From Desulfatiglandales bacterium (GTDB taxonomy: Bacteria; Desulfobacterota; DSM-4660; Desulfatiglandales; Desulfatiglandaceae): a stretch of 64,000 nucleotides of DNA. This document shows positions 63,011-64,000 of the stretch, piece after piece. A model generated the notes under the pieces. It was not told the origin of the DNA. It worked only from the letters and a program-made list of their open reading frames with translations, and did not search any database. Location: NCBI GenBank assembly GCA_963666345.1, contig OY762721.1, forward strand, positions 864,001 to 928,000, given 5' to 3'. A program made the position numbers and the translations under genes. How positions within the stretch are numbered: position 1 is the stretch's first letter; each line of letters begins with the position of its first letter.

Positions 63011-63195
63011 GCTTAACTGTTGTGATAAGATTTCCCGCCGTGGAGTCAAAGGTTAAAAGGTCTGTTATTTATCTGACTATAATAAAAATATTACACTTTT
63101 TGTCCAGGAAGGCAGAATCTGATCAAGCAAAAAAATCCTGCCCCACGGGGCCGGGCAGTTTACCCCTGAAAGGGGGCGTGCCGTGCCGGGCTTCT

Positions 63196-63320
63196 GAATG
63201 CCCAAAGTGAGCTAAAAGGGCTGAAGTGCCTGAATTCAAGGAAGTCCGCCTCATCAGAAAAAGAGCCGAAACAATTCCGCAATTTCAGTCATTTTCAATT
63301 TTAGCGCATTATAGGCACTT
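63196..63320. repeat. Inverted pair of degenerate short-repeat arrays
   Basis: gaatgcccaaagtgagctaaaa vs reverse complement of ttttagcgcattataggcactt (16/22). Confidence 0.5.
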
Positions 63321-63588
63321 ACTCATTTTCATTCAGGACGCCCTCTTTTAAAAGAGACTTTGCCACTTCAATATCATAGGCCCTTTTGGGGTCGAAGTTT
63401 TTGCCGTCATACATCTCCATCGCGGCATTGACGGCCCCGTAGGGTATCCAGCCATGTTCTTCCCAAAGTGAAGGGACATCGATATTCCACAGTCTGAACC
63501 AGATCATTTCATCCTTTTCCATTACGTACATGCGTACGCGCTTATTTTGCGGGAAAGGGAAATAATAGAGTCCCATTTCATCTTTCAT
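63319..63588 (-). CDS. Hypothetical protein
   Basis: 89-aa ORF with an RBS (ggag); GLYYFPFPQNKRVRMYV...LWEEHGWIPY looks like a real protein. Confidence 0.7.
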   Translation of the reverse strand: MKDEMGLYYFPFPQNKRVRMYVMEKDEMIWFRLWNIDVPSLWEEHGWIPYGAVNAAMEMYDGKNFDPKRAYDIEVAKSLLKEGVLNENE

Positions 63589-63623
63589 TTATTTTCTCCG
63601 AAGCAATATAACGATTTTACCGG

Positions 63624-64000
63624 TCATTGACGGTCCTTTTTTCCTTCGAGTCTTTCAAGGTTCTCCCTTGCAAATTCTATGGTCGGATCCAGTTCAAGGG
63701 CAATACGGTAAAAGTGAACAGCCATGCCTGTATCGCCCATATCACGGTAATTTGAGGCTATGTTGGCATAATCGATTGCAGAACCTGGATTCAGCTCTAT
63801 AACCTTTTGAAAACATTCGATCGCCTTCGCATGTTCTTTCATCTTGAAATAGCTGAATCCCATGAGATTATAGATATCTGTTCTTTCATTATCAATTTTT
63901 TCCGCCTTCTTGAGGACCTCGATGGTTTCCTCGTATCTCTCCATCTCTTTGAGACAGACCCCGATGTATGAATATATGGTAGGAATATCCTGCTGCTCCG
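63624..64000 (-). CDS. C-terminal TPR region of a protein running off the window (possibly YcaO-TPR)
   Basis: Frame open to the window edge with TPR motifs; the YcaO suggestion is from recollection of similar C-termini and is unverified. Confidence 0.7.
   Translation of the reverse strand, partial: EQQDIPTIYSYIGVCLKEMERYEETIEVLKKAEKIDNERTDIYNLMGFSYFKMKEHAKAIECFQKVIELNPGSAIDYANIASNYRDMGDTGMAVHFYRIALELDPTIEFARENLERLEGKKDRQ

Overview
A 64 kb chromosomal segment whose gene order and protein style suggest a Desulfobacterota (deltaproteobacterial) anaerobe; the taxonomy is inferred. The first 2.4 kb is an accessory, decayed patch: a truncated tyrosine integrase, a 5'-truncated membrane gene, a Phd/RelE toxin-antitoxin pair, and an antitoxin whose toxin is mostly deleted. 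It is followed by an SOS mutagenesis cassette (lexA-imuB-like-dnaE2, no imuA), a molybdate/tungstate ABC operon, an MFS transporter, a polar amino-acid ABC system, a GlcD-like oxidase/LarA/TRAP cluster and an aminotransferase/omega-amidase pair. The rest is mostly housekeeping: rplU-rpmA-obgE-proB-nadD-rsfS, queA-tgt-yajC-secDF, alr-argS, tat, grpE-dnaK, purC, pilD, clpB, lptFG and a NusG paralog. The most striking unannotated signal is a family of small non-autonomous elements with four copies or fragments. The best copy (52374-52912) has ~21-bp imperfect terminal inverted repeats, an exact 8-bp target-site duplication and inverted arrays of 8-bp tandem repeats enclosing a decayed four-helix-bundle (23S rRNA IVS-protein/Avd-like) gene. 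One copy lies in the lexA operon leader and one caps the RelE toxin gene. A second, unrelated ~110-bp repeat occurs three times, each upstream of and co-oriented with a gene. No rRNA, tRNA or CRISPR array was recognised. All alignments were done by hand and no database searches were run.
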